Shown in pieces: positions 18,719 to 28,303 of a stretch of 41,803 nt of DNA; position 1 is the first letter of the stretch, and every line of letters starts with the position of its first letter. Both the position numbers and the translations under genes were made by a program. This stretch comes from a virus. The stretch lies in UHGV virus genome UHGV-1359168. The stretch is one strand, 5' to 3'. The notes beneath the pieces were generated by a model. It was not told the origin of the DNA, made no database searches, and saw nothing but the letters and a program-made list of their open reading frames with translations.

Positions 18719-20350
18719 ATGTGGAATTTAGGTGACGGTTTTGCTCAAGGTGTGTATGAAAACCACCGAGGGCTAGACGAAAAGCGAGAGTATGAGGAAT
18801 TATCCAAGCAAAGAGAATTAGCTAGGCAGAGAACCCAGCAAATTATGGATAAAGATAAGCTTGAAATTGAAACTATGAAGTATCAGCTAGAGAAAGTAAA
18901 AATGGATAATTTAAAGCTAGCTGCCGGTAATGAGAAATTAAAGTTATCGGAACGCTTTGCAGCCATTACAGACGCTGTAGCTAATAATAGAGGTAAATTT
19001 AGGACTGATACTCAAGAGGAAATAGATGGTAATAATTTACCAGAAAATTTCGATAAAACTAAATATACTTATGACCCTACAACTAATAAATATAGAGGTG
19101 TTAAGACTCAATACACTACTCCTAAAGATGTAGAGCAGGCTGTAACACAATTTAAACGTGATGTAGTTATAGACCCTGACGGAAGTAGATGGATAAATGG
19201 TATTATGGGAAATGCTCCAGATAATCCCGTCATAGATGTTACATATAATCCTGCTAAAGAGGAGATGGTATTCTTAACTAAAGACGGACAAGAGAGGCAT
19301 ATGCAGTTAGATATGGTAGCTTACGGCTTAGGTTTTGATAAACAAATGACACTAGCTCAAATGAACCGTCTAAATGAGGATATGGCTAGGTCTAAAACTT
19401 TGTATGAAATAGAGAATAAGAAAGCTGAAGCCTTTAAAAACACAGCAGCAGGACATAAATACAACGAGGAAGCTAAATATACAGGTATGGAAGCTCAATC
19501 TCGTTTGGTAAATGCTCGTGCTAATGAGTTATCTGCTAAAGCTCAAATGTATAAAGCTATGAACCCTGAAACTAAAATCACAAATTTTGATAAAAAGCAA
19601 GCAGAGGAGCAGAAATTAGCTGATACAGATAAACAGATTTTAGAAATGCCAGACGGTGAAGCTTACGATTTTATAGGTAAAGACCATAAAATGTTTAATA
19701 GGCATATAGCTAAAACTGCAACCCAATTACAATCAGTCCAAGATATACAGAAAGCCCAAGCTATAGGAAACAGATTAAGAAAATTTGAAGTTCTTATGGG
19801 ACAGCTTAAAAACTATACTGGAGATACTGTAATAGATAATAATATAGCTGCCTTAATAACTAGATATGTCCCTGACATAGCTACAGAGGATATAAAGAAA
19901 GCTACCAACTTAGCTACATTTATACAAAGTTATGCAGACCAATTATCAACAGATATGATACAAATTAAATCAGGTGCAGCATTTAGTGAAACAGAGCTAG
20001 GTATTCAGAGAAATAGCTTACAAGCATCTGTTAAAGATTTTAAATCTGTAGAAACTACTTTAGAGGGTGTAAGAGCATTTACTAAAAACTGGGATACATT
20101 AGTTGCAGGTAAGATAGGAACTATGGACCCTTACAAGCAAAAATATATATATGGTAGTATGGAACGCTACGAGGGAAATATAAATAAAGTAGAGGAGAAA
20201 CAAACTCGCATATTTATGGAAGCACAAATAAATGAGATTAAAGATAAATCTCCTGAAGAACAAAAACAGTGGTATTCTACTTTATCACCAGAAATGAAGG
20301 CTATGGCAGCTAAGATTTCTAAAGAAAGAAAGCAAAAGGGTTCTAAATGA
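18719..20350 (+). CDS. Coiled-coil-rich virion protein, 543 aa, of unknown function.
   Basis: ORF track entry. Ribosome-binding site aaggataattaATG. No enzyme motif. Confidence 0.5.
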   Translation: MWNLGDGFAQGVYENHRGLDEKREYEELSKQRELARQRTQQIMDKDKLEIETMKYQLEKVKMDNLKLAAGNEKLKLSERFAAITDAVANNRGKFRTDTQEEIDGNNLPENFDKTKYTYDPTTNKYRGVKTQYTTPKDVEQAVTQFKRDVVIDPDGSRWINGIMGNAPDNPVIDVTYNPAKEEMVFLTKDGQERHMQLDMVAYGLGFDKQMTLAQMNRLNEDMARSKTLYEIENKKAEAFKNTAAGHKYNEEAKYTGMEAQSRLVNARANELSAKAQMYKAMNPETKITNFDKKQAEEQKLADTDKQILEMPDGEAYDFIGKDHKMFNRHIAKTATQLQSVQDIQKAQAIGNRLRKFEVLMGQLKNYTGDTVIDNNIAALITRYVPDIATEDIKKATNLATFIQSYADQLSTDMIQIKSGAAFSETELGIQRNSLQASVKDFKSVETTLEGVRAFTKNWDTLVAGKIGTMDPYKQKYIYGSMERYEGNINKVEEKQTRIFMEAQINEIKDKSPEEQKQWYSTLSPEMKAMAAKISKERKQKGSK

Positions 20351-22137
20351 GTGAGAAACTATTAGAAAAAGCAAGGGAATATTTTGAATATGCCACTAAT
20401 TGGCATAGCGAGTGCAGAGAGGAAGCTAAAGAGATTATAGCTTTTAACCATAACCAGCACTATACTATTAAACAGCTTAATACACTAGTTAATAGGAAAC
20501 AGCCTGCTGAAACGTTTAACATTATAAAATCGTATAAGCGCGTTATTAGCGGCTATCTAGCTTCGACTATATCTAACATCAACGTTAAGCCTGTAGGTGT
20601 AGAGGATATAAACATAGCTTCAGTTGGTCAAGATATAGTCCAATACACACTAAGAATATCTAAGTTTAACCGTATGAAAACTAGGTTAATAGATGACCTA
20701 CTACTAGCAGGTATTTGCGCATTTGAGATAAGAGTAGAGGATACCGGCAAGAAAGATGAATTTGGGACTAAAGACGTCCAAATTAAACTACGTTATCTAC
20801 CGTGGGACGAAGTTATCCCAGACCCTAAATCTCGTGAAGAGGATTATTCCGATGCTAGATATATCCACAAATATAGATGGATATCTGCCCAAGATATAGA
20901 TGACACTTGGCCTGGTAAAAGTGAGGAGATAAATAGGTCAGTAGGCTTTACAGGTATAGATAACCCTGATAGCGGCAAAGCCTATAAATACAAGATGAAC
21001 GACAGCTTCTTAGTTATAACTAGCTATTTAAAAGAGGACGGAAAGATATGGGAATTAGTTTGGAGCGGCGACACTCTACTAGAAAAAACAGAAGTTACAC
21101 ACTTGAGAAAATTCCCTATTATGCCTATATATCTTGAGCGCGACGAAAAAGGATTTTATGGTATATTTAGGGAAGTTTTAGAAAGCCAGAAAGCTATTAA
21201 CCAGGCCCTAATTCAGATACAACTATTAGCTAACGTGAATAAAGTTTATATTAATAAAACGGCAGTTGATAGTGTCGAGGAATTTACTAAGGTATTTAAT
21301 AGGGTTAATGCGATTATACCGATGAAAGATATTCACGGCGTAAAGATAGATAACCTAAACGGTGACGTAATAGCTCAATATACTATTATAGATAGGTCAT
21401 TGCAAAGAATTAAAACTATCCTAAATCTAAACGACAGCTTCTTAGGTATGATGGGTTCATCAGCTTCTGGTCGTCAAATTAAGCTACAGCAAAATATGAC
21501 TGCGAGTGCATTAAATTACATTACCTCTAATATCGAGTATATGTATGAGTGCATAGGTATAAATATCCTAGATTTCGCTAAGTTATTCTATAGAGCTTAT
21601 AAGATGATAAGGATAGCAGACCAAAGATCGGGAGATAGGTTTATAGAGCTAAATAAACCGTTCTTAATGCCTAACGAACAAACAGGTCAAGAGGAAATAG
21701 TTATCAAGGATATAACATACGACGACCACGGGAACGCTAATATAATCCCTTGGATAGAGAAAGAAACCCAAATAGAGTTTCTGGAGTATGATATCGAAAT
21801 AACTACAGCTAACTATAATGAAACGGACGATATAGAAAAACTACAGCTTGACCAACTATTGTCTGGACAAGCAGGTAATTTCTTGATGAATACCGACCCA
21901 GCTAGTTATGGTAAAGTAGTAGCTTTAAGTATGCGAGCAATGAAAACCCGAAATAGTGAGTATATAGCCGACATATTCGAGCAAGTAGCCAATAAACTTG
22001 CTGGAGCTGAAACTAGGGACCCACGAGATGCGGCAGGCGGGGCTGACGTTGGAGCAGGTGATATGGGTTCTATAATGTCAGCCATAGGTATGAGCAACGA
22101 CGCCGCTCCAGACGGCTACAATAGACCACAAGAATAA
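20347..22137 (+). CDS. Portal protein (P22-like), 596 aa.
   Basis: N-terminal [20 protein letters not shown] resembles P22 portal [41 protein letters not shown] resembles P22 [22 protein letters not shown]. Both P22 sequences are from memory. Confidence 0.7.
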   Translation: [596 protein letters not shown]

Positions 22138-22146
22138 GGATAAATA

Positions 22147-24492
22147 ATGGCAGATAATTTAGATTGGCTAGATGAATTAATAGCTAACGATAAACTAGCA
22201 GGAAAAGCTAACAGCGAACCAACAGAAAAAGCGGCTGATAAAAATATAAAAATAGAACATAAAGTTGGGACTGATGAAGTAACTCTACCTGCTGTAGAAA
22301 TTACAGCTCCTAAAGACGATGATGATACCCAGTTAGGTTGGCTAGATGATTTAATAGCTAATGATACTAAAGTAGAGCAGACACCTAACACCACTAAATC
22401 TGCTGAAGTTAATCTAAATGGAGAAACTGAAGCACCACCTCCGCCAGGTGGGTATGTTGATAGTTCTGGCAAAGCTAATCCAGAAACTTGGGACGCATAT
22501 TATGCCCGTAAAAAGAACAGCGAGCCGGAAAGTAAAGAGGAAGAGGGAGCATTAAACTTTATAGCTAAACACTCCAAGAAAGTATTAAAAGCAGCCGAAG
22601 AAGCCGTTAAAGATGTAGTTTCTGGGGACGCGCTAGCAGGGCAAGTGCAAACTGCATTAGATTTATTTAATGCTAAGGTAGGATATCCGCTAGCTATAAT
22701 ATTTGAGGACTTCGCTAATTCTGTAGGGCTTACAGATAGCGATTTTTATAAAAAAGACCTAGAAAATGTTATGAAACGACTAGATAAAGTGGATAAAAGC
22801 TTAGGAGTTGTAGGTCATAATAAATATTTTGAAGTAAATACTAAAACAGCTTTAAATGCGGTAGATGCGTTAATCCCAGTTATGAAATCTAAGGGGGCAG
22901 CTGCGGCAGTTGAAGGGTTTAGTAATATATTAAGGGGTATAACTGACAGAGCAGGAGAAAATGCTAAACAAACAGATGAAACTAAGAAAAAGGATATATT
23001 AACTACAGGAGATGTAGCTAAAGATGCCGCAATAGGTGCTGTTATGGGAGTAGCAGCCTCTAAGATTGGAGATTGGCTTAAGATGCACGGCAACCCTGAT
23101 ATAGACCCTAAAGTGTTACAATTTTTCATACGCAAGGGATATACCGAACAACAGGCTCGTAGTGCTATGGCTTTAATACCTTACGAACAACAGGCTTACA
23201 GGGCAGCTATGATGACCGAAGAAGCTGGGCAGGGTGTATTAGGTAGAGCTATGCAACAGAGCGACGATATGGCTAACAAAGGGCTTTTAAAGGCTAAACA
23301 CCGAGCACAAGATGTTTATAAAGTAGCAGATACGGAAAATGTAGAAGCTATGGAGCAAGTAGCTAAGGATAATTTTAGTCGTATGAAAGAAACGATTAAA
23401 GATAAAAATATTCAGGTAGATACTGCCAATATTTTTAAAGGAGTTGATATACAAACTACTGATGTGCAACTCCTTAGCAATGTAGAAAAACAGCTTCTAG
23501 GGTTTAAAAAGAGATTAGCTGACGAAAATTACCGTAATTTGGACGAAGTGCTAACATTTAGGGAAACTTTAAATAAACTAAATGATACAGCTACTCCTTA
23601 CGAAAAGAAATTAATACATCAGATTAAATCCAATCTTGATGATGTGGTGGATAATTTAGATGACGATGTTTATGGGTTAGTTAAGCAAGCTAATAGCGAT
23701 TATAAAATCGCAATGCAAAATAAAGAACTATCCCAAGCAGTAAAATCGGCAACCAACGAACACGGAGTTATAGATTATAAGAAACTAAAAGAAACTATAC
23801 AAGAAGCTGGGCTTAATACCGAGCAAGCACGAGCCACGTCTGAATTACTAGAAAATTATGCTAAAAAATTTGGTAATGATACAATGTTTGTGCCTCAGAA
23901 AGGTTCTGAGAATTGGCGTAGTATTATGGGTTGGCTAGGATTTATAGCTAGTGAAGCACAAAGACGAGTTATTAGATGGGGCGAATTCGGTAACAACGTA
24001 GCTATGCAGGATAGGATAATTAAATACCTAAAAAGCTCTGATACTCCTGCTGTAACTTCATCTAAAATAGTTACAGACTATAAAATGCCGTCACAAGTAT
24101 TAGAGGAGTTTAATAATACGCTAGAAAAAGCCGTAGTTAAATTAACAGACCTAGACTCTGGTATGGTAATAAGAAACACTAGCGAGATTAATCAGTTACG
24201 AGGTCAATTACAAGTAGCTATGAATGAAACACCGAAACTACAGCGTAAATTAACCCAAGTTGAAAATAGATTAAGAGGGTATGAAAATCAACTAAGTAAT
24301 ATAAACTCAAAAATAAATAAATATAACACTATCGAAAATCTAACAACCGAGCAAAAGAAAACACTAAAGAACCTACAACGAAGTAAGGAAAGTATTATAG
24401 CTAAGGTCAAAGATGATAGGGCTTTAAGGATAGAAACTAGGAATACTTTAAGGGAGAATACTAGAACTATAGATATCCTAGATGATTTATAG
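22147..24492 (+). CDS. Large alpha-helical virion protein, 781 aa, possibly an ejection or scaffold-type protein. It has the N-terminal duplicated motif LDWLDELIANDK / LGWLDDLIANDTK and the shared GTDE..VEITA..DDD module.
   Basis: Read directly. It follows the portal gene. Confidence 0.5.
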   Translation: MADNLDWLDELIANDKLAGKANSEPTEKAADKNIKIEHKVGTDEVTLPAVEITAPKDDDDTQLGWLDDLIANDTKVEQTPNTTKSAEVNLNGETEAPPPPGGYVDSSGKANPETWDAYYARKKNSEPESKEEEGALNFIAKHSKKVLKAAEEAVKDVVSGDALAGQVQTALDLFNAKVGYPLAIIFEDFANSVGLTDSDFYKKDLENVMKRLDKVDKSLGVVGHNKYFEVNTKTALNAVDALIPVMKSKGAAAAVEGFSNILRGITDRAGENAKQTDETKKKDILTTGDVAKDAAIGAVMGVAASKIGDWLKMHGNPDIDPKVLQFFIRKGYTEQQARSAMALIPYEQQAYRAAMMTEEAGQGVLGRAMQQSDDMANKGLLKAKHRAQDVYKVADTENVEAMEQVAKDNFSRMKETIKDKNIQVDTANIFKGVDIQTTDVQLLSNVEKQLLGFKKRLADENYRNLDEVLTFRETLNKLNDTATPYEKKLIHQIKSNLDDVVDNLDDDVYGLVKQANSDYKIAMQNKELSQAVKSATNEHGVIDYKKLKETIQEAGLNTEQARATSELLENYAKKFGNDTMFVPQKGSENWRSIMGWLGFIASEAQRRVIRWGEFGNNVAMQDRIIKYLKSSDTPAVTSSKIVTDYKMPSQVLEEFNNTLEKAVVKLTDLDSGMVIRNTSEINQLRGQLQVAMNETPKLQRKLTQVENRLRGYENQLSNINSKINKYNTIENLTTEQKKTLKNLQRSKESIIAKVKDDRALRIETRNTLRENTRTIDILDDL

Positions 24493-24517
24493 CAGGAGTT
24501 AAATCTCCTGCTTTATG
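24491..24517 (+). terminator. Hairpin between the convergent arms: 8-bp stem agcaggag/ctcctgct with loop ttaaat, followed by TTTAT on the plus strand. It overlaps the stop codons of both flanking genes.
   Basis: Inverted repeat at 24491-24498/24505-24512 read directly. The plus-strand U-run is weak and there is no T-run on the minus strand. Confidence 0.4.
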
Positions 24518-25746
24518 TAGGTAGAATTGTTAAAATCCTCTTTCTTGCTTACTTTATTATACACTTGTTCGCTTATAGCTTTTCTTACTAAAATATGATT
24601 AACTAGATTAGTGTTTGAGCCGTTAATATTCACTATTCTATCGCGTCGCTGTATAAACTTAGCTCCACTATAGTCAGAGCTTAAGATTATGAAATGCTTT
24701 AAATCTGATAAATCGACCCCTTCAGCGTGTGCATTTGAGCTGTATATACGTGCGTTTTTAAAATGTTTCTTTAATAGATTACGCTCGCCTATAAAATGGC
24801 ACATAATACCTACATCTTTAGTATCGCCAAAAGTTTTCTTTATATAGTCGATTTTTTCAGTATTACCCAGCTCGATATAATCATCTCCTATCTTTAAAAT
24901 ACCACTCTCAACCATATGTAAGCTAGTGCGTAGTTTCATCGTGCTATCGCAAACAATATCTAGTCCGCTATTAGCTCCGTTAGCGTAGCTAAAATCGCTT
25001 ATAACGCGCGCTTTTTGTAGCTGATTATAAAAATCTCGCGTGTAACTATTTAGCTCGACATAATGCAATTTATCAACGCTTTGAACATCGCTCGAAATGC
25101 CTGCGTCCTCTTGGGTCATATAGATAGTAAAATAATTTATCTCTTTCATCAAACGCTCGGCATCACACCTATCATATTGAGCTATCTCCCTGCCATTGAC
25201 TTTAATATAGTATGGTATTCCATAAAATCTGAAAAACTCATAGAAGTTAGAAAACTTAAACGGGTTAAATTTAGATATAGCCATTTGATGATAGATAGTG
25301 TTAGGGCTCTCAACTATAGCTGTCCCGCTTAGATGTATATGTGGTAAATCCCAGCACACTTTTCTTATAACTTTAGTTCTTTGTGATGGCTTACCCAGAG
25401 TCCCTAAGTTATGGCTCTCGTCTATTATAGCTAGTTGGTAATCGCTAGGATTTACCTTAAGAATAAATCTACCAGCCTGCATTTTACCTAATTGCTCATA
25501 GTTTATAACGTGGTATTTCTTAGTTAGCCCAAGCTCTTTATCTGCTAGGAATTTATCCCACCCAGAGATAGCAGCTTTCTTAGTTATAACTAAAACATTG
25601 CTAACTTTCTGGCTTTTCTCGGCTATAAGCAGCGATGTTAAAGTTTTACCACTTCGAGGCTTACCTGCTAGATACACATACCCAGTTTGTTTAAGTATCT
25701 GCCAGCACTCCTCTGCTTTATCTATTTGGTGTTTATAAGGTTTCAT
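24499..25746 (-). CDS. SF2 (DEAD/DEAH-type) helicase, 415 aa.
   Basis: Motif I LAGKPRSGKT, motif II IIDESHNL, motif III HLSGTAIVESP, motif VI FIQRRDRIVN. Confidence 0.7.
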   Translation of the reverse strand: MKPYKHQIDKAEECWQILKQTGYVYLAGKPRSGKTLTSLLIAEKSQKVSNVLVITKKAAISGWDKFLADKELGLTKKYHVINYEQLGKMQAGRFILKVNPSDYQLAIIDESHNLGTLGKPSQRTKVIRKVCWDLPHIHLSGTAIVESPNTIYHQMAISKFNPFKFSNFYEFFRFYGIPYYIKVNGREIAQYDRCDAERLMKEINYFTIYMTQEDAGISSDVQSVDKLHYVELNSYTRDFYNQLQKARVISDFSYANGANSGLDIVCDSTMKLRTSLHMVESGILKIGDDYIELGNTEKIDYIKKTFGDTKDVGIMCHFIGERNLLKKHFKNARIYSSNAHAEGVDLSDLKHFIILSSDYSGAKFIQRRDRIVNINGSNTNLVNHILVRKAISEQVYNKVSKKEDFNNSTYIKQEI

Positions 25747-26195
25747 AACTTCTCCAATATTTCAACGCAAAAATTATAACTATCAGCCGCTATATCCTCG
25801 TCGCCATCGTAATGTTTATCTATTAAATCCTTACAATCCTTTTCTATTTTATTCCAAAAATCTGTAAGTGTTTTAGATAGAGGTCTAGCTCCTCGTTCGT
25901 TACGTGCAAAGTTTATGTATAGCATATTAAGCCCTAAAACTGATAATTCTACAGCATAATTGCTAGTTGAAAAAGCTATGGTATAGCTAACCTTTTCAAG
26001 CTTTTTCATAATCTTAGGTTTAACGCACGTATATATCGGCAATAAAGCCCTTATTTCAGTTTCTATCCTAGCTAGTATAGCCGTATCCTGCTCAGATAGA
26101 AAAACGCCTTCTTTATCCATTTCAAGAAGCCCTAGGACGTAAGCTACAATTATTACGTCCCTAACTTCTCCACCACTAATAGTTCCGTTAATCAT
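25743..26195 (-). CDS. Hypothetical protein, 150 aa.
   Basis: ORF track entry. Its stop and the start of the helicase gene overlap. Confidence 0.5.
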   Translation of the reverse strand: MINGTISGGEVRDVIIVAYVLGLLEMDKEGVFLSEQDTAILARIETEIRALLPIYTCVKPKIMKKLEKVSYTIAFSTSNYAVELSVLGLNMLYINFARNERGARPLSKTLTDFWNKIEKDCKDLIDKHYDGDEDIAADSYNFCVEILEKL

Positions 26196-26287
26196 AGGTC
26201 AAACAAGCTCGCTATTACAGCGCAAATAACGTCAATCACCACTAACGAAACACAAACCATTAAAACTATTCCAAATATATGTAACAT
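26192..26287 (-). CDS. Possible 31-aa hydrophobic peptide (MLHIFGIVLMVCVSLVVIDVICAVIASLFDL).
   Basis: Manual translation. Its TGA overlaps the ATG of the 150-aa gene (ATGA). The ribosome-binding site is weak. Speculative. Confidence 0.25.
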   Translation of the reverse strand: MLHIFGIVLMVCVSLVVIDVICAVIASLFDL

Positions 26288-26324
26288 TACAGCCACCCTA
26301 TAATAATTGAAATTATAAGCTTTG

Positions 26325-26633
26325 TCATTTTAATCCTCCTATAACCATTAGATTAGAATTAATCTCCTCTATTGTAGCCTTAACTGTATCTAAATCCCAG
26401 CTAACTATTGCTACACCGCCAGCCTCTTTAATTTTCTTTATGTTATATATCTGTAGCTCCGAAACGTTAGTTTTAGTTTCAGGTCTTTTTACTTCTATAG
26501 CTAAGAAAATGCCGCGATAGCACGCTAAGATATCAGGAGTGCCAGATTTATTACTGGCTACTACCTTGACAACATAAGCTCCTATACTTTCAAGATATTT
26601 AATTATCTTGCGCTGTATATCCTGCTCTTTCAT
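26325..26633 (-). CDS. VRR-NUC domain nuclease (PD-(D/E)xK), 102 aa.
   Basis: IKYLESIGAYVVKV...SGTPDILACYRGIFLAIEVKRP...ELQIYNIKKIKEAGGVAIV matches the VRR-NUC architecture (PD...E-V-K). Confidence 0.7.
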   Translation of the reverse strand: MKEQDIQRKIIKYLESIGAYVVKVVASNKSGTPDILACYRGIFLAIEVKRPETKTNVSELQIYNIKKIKEAGGVAIVSWDLDTVKATIEEINSNLMVIGGLK

Positions 26634-27496
26634 CAGTCTATATCCTCGATAGATTTATCGTCCCTGATTCTTACAAACGTTGGCTGTATGTATGTAGCTA
26701 AAAGCTGCTCATACTCTACCTCGATAACTTTGCCGATAAAATAATCAGGGCTTTGCATACGCTCATAATCGCTTAAACCGCTACCAACTTGAACAACTCT
26801 TCCCCAACTATCTTTTAAAACTAGGCTACCTATCATACCTGAATATTTACCTGTGCCCTCTGTAACATCTATACAATGTAGGTCGGCTGTAGGTCTAAAC
26901 TTAATCTTGATAGCTGTATTAACCCGCTTACCAGGCTCATAAGTATGGTCTATCTGCTTGCAGTAAATACCCTCGAACCCGTTTCTGACAACTGAATGGG
27001 CTAAACTCTTAGCTTGCTCGATAGTTAAGTCCCATCCGATAACATTAGCGGTATTCATATCTTCAGGCAGTGATAGTTCCTCGTCCATAAGTCTTATTCT
27101 ATCGCTGTAAGCCCAATCCATAACAGAACCATTAAAGTGTAGGATATCAAATACCATAAACTTAAAAGTGCCAATGCACGGTATATTTTTCTCAAAGTTA
27201 CTCCTTAGATTACCAGTGCTACATTTAACGCGGCTCCCTAGTTTGCCATCGGTGTTAGCTATATATTCACACTCGATTATAAAATCGTCCGGGTTATTCT
27301 CTACTAAAAAATCTGCGATTTCTTTAATATAGAACTGCTTACCGCCGGAAGTCCAAAACTCTACATCTCCGTTAAACTTATGTATTTGGACATAGTTACC
27401 ATCGTATTTAGTTGTAGCTATCCATTTATCTCTAGCTAATTTGCTTTGGGCTATATTAGTTATGTCTTTACCTTTACATTGCTCAATCATTGGCAT
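26633..27496 (-). CDS. ATP-dependent DNA ligase, minimal type, about 287 aa.
   Basis: Adenylation motif I TKYDGNYVQI (KxDG), motif IV FEGIYCKQ, motif V AIKIKFRP. The GGAGGA ribosome-binding site favours the ATG at 27496 over the TTG at 27502. Confidence 0.8.
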   Translation of the reverse strand: MPMIEQCKGKDITNIAQSKLARDKWIATTKYDGNYVQIHKFNGDVEFWTSGGKQFYIKEIADFLVENNPDDFIIECEYIANTDGKLGSRVKCSTGNLRSNFEKNIPCIGTFKFMVFDILHFNGSVMDWAYSDRIRLMDEELSLPEDMNTANVIGWDLTIEQAKSLAHSVVRNGFEGIYCKQIDHTYEPGKRVNTAIKIKFRPTADLHCIDVTEGTGKYSGMIGSLVLKDSWGRVVQVGSGLSDYERMQSPDYFIGKVIEVEYEQLLATYIQPTFVRIRDDKSIEDID

Positions 27497-27773
27497 TGTC
27501 AAATCCTCCTCTATTTATTTCTATGGCCTTAGTTATTTGCTTCATAAACTCTAACACTTCTGACGGTTTAACTAGGCTATAGTTATTAAATACGCTAAAT
27601 AAAACGATTATAGAAGCCCTAAATTTTTCGTCCTTTATAGGTAAATCTCCAATGCGTATATAGCCCCATTGTTTAACGCCCATACCTGGATATAACTTTG
27701 TTATATTAACATAGTTATCGTTTTGGAACAACCCTTGACCTGTAATTAGCTCGTATTGGTAATTATTTTTCAT
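27483..27773 (-). CDS. Small protein, family A (96 aa); paralog of 28037..28303.
   Basis: Shares YxYE, WGYI(R/K)(I/L)G and (V/L)KPS(E/Q)VLE(F/Y)(M/I)(K/R)(Q/K)I with the 28037 protein at conserved spacing. AAGGA ribosome-binding site. Confidence 0.6.
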   Translation of the reverse strand: MKNNYQYELITGQGLFQNDNYVNITKLYPGMGVKQWGYIRIGDLPIKDEKFRASIIVLFSVFNNYSLVKPSEVLEFMKQITKAIEINRGGFDNAND

Positions 27774-28052
27774 TTATTTATCCTTAATGATATAATCAAC
27801 TTTATCTCCTAAATCTAGGAAATGTTTGCCAAGAAATACAGCCATTGTAGCTAGTGATATGTCATACATACCAGCAACTCCACATAATGCTGCTAATATT
27901 TTAAGCCCATAAGTTTGCTCTATCTCGCCCTTAGTTTTAATTATAAGCTCACCTTTAAATTTATCTTTCACAAAGCGAGCTATTCTTATAAGTGTAATGT
28001 TATTATTACGATTATAATCATAGCTCCATCTATAAACTATATCTGGTTCCAT
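27774..28052 (-). CDS. Small protein, family B (92 aa); paralog of 28300..28575.
   Basis: Shares I.LIRIA/IIRAS and LK.LA.LC......D.SL........HF with the 28300 protein. Confidence 0.6.
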   Translation of the reverse strand: MEPDIVYRWSYDYNRNNNITLIRIARFVKDKFKGELIIKTKGEIEQTYGLKILAALCGVAGMYDISLATMAVFLGKHFLDLGDKVDYIIKDK

Positions 28053-28303
28053 AGTCCCTCGATATATCCACGTTTTATGCCAGCTGATGGCGATATTTTT
28101 CTTATGTATTCTAGCACTTGGCTAGGCTTTAGCCTCGACCTAGTATTAATTAACTCCAATACCAAATTAAGCCAATCCTCAGATAAAACTAAACCTAGCT
28201 TTATATATCCCCAAGGTTCATTAACACCGCCATTAAGTTCGGAGATAGTTATATACCAGCGCTCGTTTGTATCCTTAACTGCTTCGTATTTATATGTGCT
28301 CAT
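28037..28303 (-). CDS. Small protein, family A' (88 aa).
   Basis: See the 27483 entry. Translationally coupled overlaps on both sides. Confidence 0.6.
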   Translation of the reverse strand: MSTYKYEAVKDTNERWYITISELNGGVNEPWGYIKLGLVLSEDWLNLVLELINTRSRLKPSQVLEYIRKISPSAGIKRGYIEGLWNQI

